This document shows, piece by piece, positions 62,834 through 64,000 of a DNA stretch of 64,000 bases. The translations under genes and the position numbers were made by a program. Positions within the stretch are counted from its first letter, which is position 1. Each line of letters begins with the position of its first letter. Under the pieces are notes generated by a model. The model worked only from the letters and a program-made list of their open reading frames with translations. It ran no database searches and was not told where the DNA came from. Source of the stretch: Ramazzottius varieornatus (Eukaryota > Animalia > Tardigrada); contig BDGG01000004.1 in NCBI GenBank assembly GCA_001949185.1, positions 2,071,620 through 2,135,619 on the forward strand, read 5' to 3'.

Positions 62834-63215
62834 ATGGCGAACATACCACGAAAAAGCAGCTACGCCGGTCACGCAGAGCATGCAACAACTCCGAATAGCC
62901 ATCCTTCGTACAGGGAACCGCCACCTCCGTATTATCAATATCAGCAACACCATGGAGTAAGTTCCCCGCTTCAGCCACCGCATCCGGTAACTCCAGTGTA
63001 CCAGCTTCCACCTGGAACAACTTTAGTGTCCGAAAGAAAACAGTCACCGAACACTATTCGCAAATTCTGTTACGTATCATATACAGTATAAGCATTACTT
63101 GGAGTATTTCCGTAGGTACGTCAATGAAAACGCTACCGAAAGACGGGATAATGCTACAGACTGTTGTATATTGGCGTCATGGGCAATGTTGTGCTGCTGG
63201 TGCTTTGGAGGCTAA
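62834..63215 (+). CDS. CYSTM1: CYSTM-family tail-anchored protein (2 exons: 62834-63027, 63116-63215)
   Basis: P/Y/Q/H-rich N-terminus with PPPPYY; spliced PPGTTLV|YVNENATERRDNATDCCILASWAMLCCWCFGG* resembles CYSTM1 KTTVYVVEDQRRD...CLTACWTALCCCCLW. Confidence 0.78.
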
Positions 63216-63453
63216 CCTTGTGCAGTTTATCCTTTTTTATTGTCTGTTCACGAAAACAAACTTGTCTACTGCGAAAAGGAATAGAAGCATGTTTCCATCT
63301 AATTTTAGTTAGCACAAAAGGTTCAAAAGCGCTACGGAAAATATAAAATTTCACAAAGAGAGGAGATAACTTGCGGCAGAAACATGACAGTTATTCTATA
63401 GAAGCCAACACAGTACGTCGTTGCTAGATTGGAGACCATCCAGCGCCATAGCT

Positions 63454-64000
63454 CTACTGGTTGTCGTATTGGTAGCTGGGACTTGTTGGCGATATCCTAC
63501 AAAACAAAGGTCCATCTAGCAGGGCGAGGTACTTGAACCACAAAAACTGACGTCTTCTTACTGTGAAGGCGAGTACGATGGTGAAGATGGTGAGTAAGAT
63601 GGAGAAGCAGGTGAAATGTAGGCAGGTGAACTACAAAAGGATCGAACCATAGTTATAAACCATCCACTCTTTCCCCTAACAGAATGAAATCATTACGACT
63701 CATACCTCGGTGAATACGCCGGGCTAGCCTGCGCGCTGTACTGAGGCCTGGAAAAACAAGACAAACTGTAAGGAACTATTCAACGTAATAAGGTAGTAAG
63801 CTAATGCAAAAGTACGTACGAAGTTGGGCTGTACGAAGGTGACGCTGGTGAATACTGCGGCGAAGTGGGAGAATAGTACGCCGGGCTTGATGGGCTACAA
63901 ACCGAACATTTCATGGAATCATCATGGTCCATAACGCATGGAATATTCACACCCTTACCTGTAAGTAGGCGAGGATGCGCTGGCGCTGTACAGCTGAGGA
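63454..64000 (-). CDS. RPB1: RNA polymerase II largest subunit, distal CTD heptads (gene continues beyond the window)
   Basis: Spliced PQLYSASASSPTYS|PSSPAYYSPTSPQYSPASPSYSPTS|PQYSAQASPAYSPS|SPAYISPASPSYSPSSPSYSPSQ|ISPTSPSYQYDNQ*; only YSPTSPS-type repeats are visible, the catalytic core is outside the window. Confidence 0.85.

Overview
Gene-dense eukaryotic (metazoan) DNA with short GT-AG introns of about 55-100 bp and intergenic gaps of only a few hundred bp. The compact architecture, moderate GC and a Wnt9 suggest a small invertebrate genome such as a tardigrade; this is inference only. Genes in order: ERp44(-, partial), INTS7(+), ZNF207/BuGZ(+), Su(H)/RBPJ(-), RP2(-), Wnt9(-), GTPBP8(-), Akirin(+), a 3-exon orphan(+), myosin VI(-), a FabG-like SDR(-), a divergent POLR3C(+), SEC31(+), TMEM268(+), a PDZ-SoHo-3xSH3 CAP/vinexin gene(+), a chromo-barrel protein(-), a CYSTM protein(+), and the CTD end of RPB1(-). 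The most striking non-coding structure is a ~0.75-0.8 kb cassette (conserved arm A, 35-bp palindrome-containing tandem array, conserved arm B). It occurs twice in inverted orientation and each copy fills a head-to-head intergenic region. Each copy has a different mobile element inserted inside the 35-bp array: a decayed, intron-containing DD~84E (Sailor-like) IS630-Tc1-mariner transposon with 233-bp TIRs, and a 718-bp TG...CA element. Other highlights are the paired loss of a Wnt9 thumb disulfide, an RPB1 CTD built from symmetric phase-2 mini-exons, and clustered CSL sites upstream of Su(H). All exon models were read by eye; no database searches were run.
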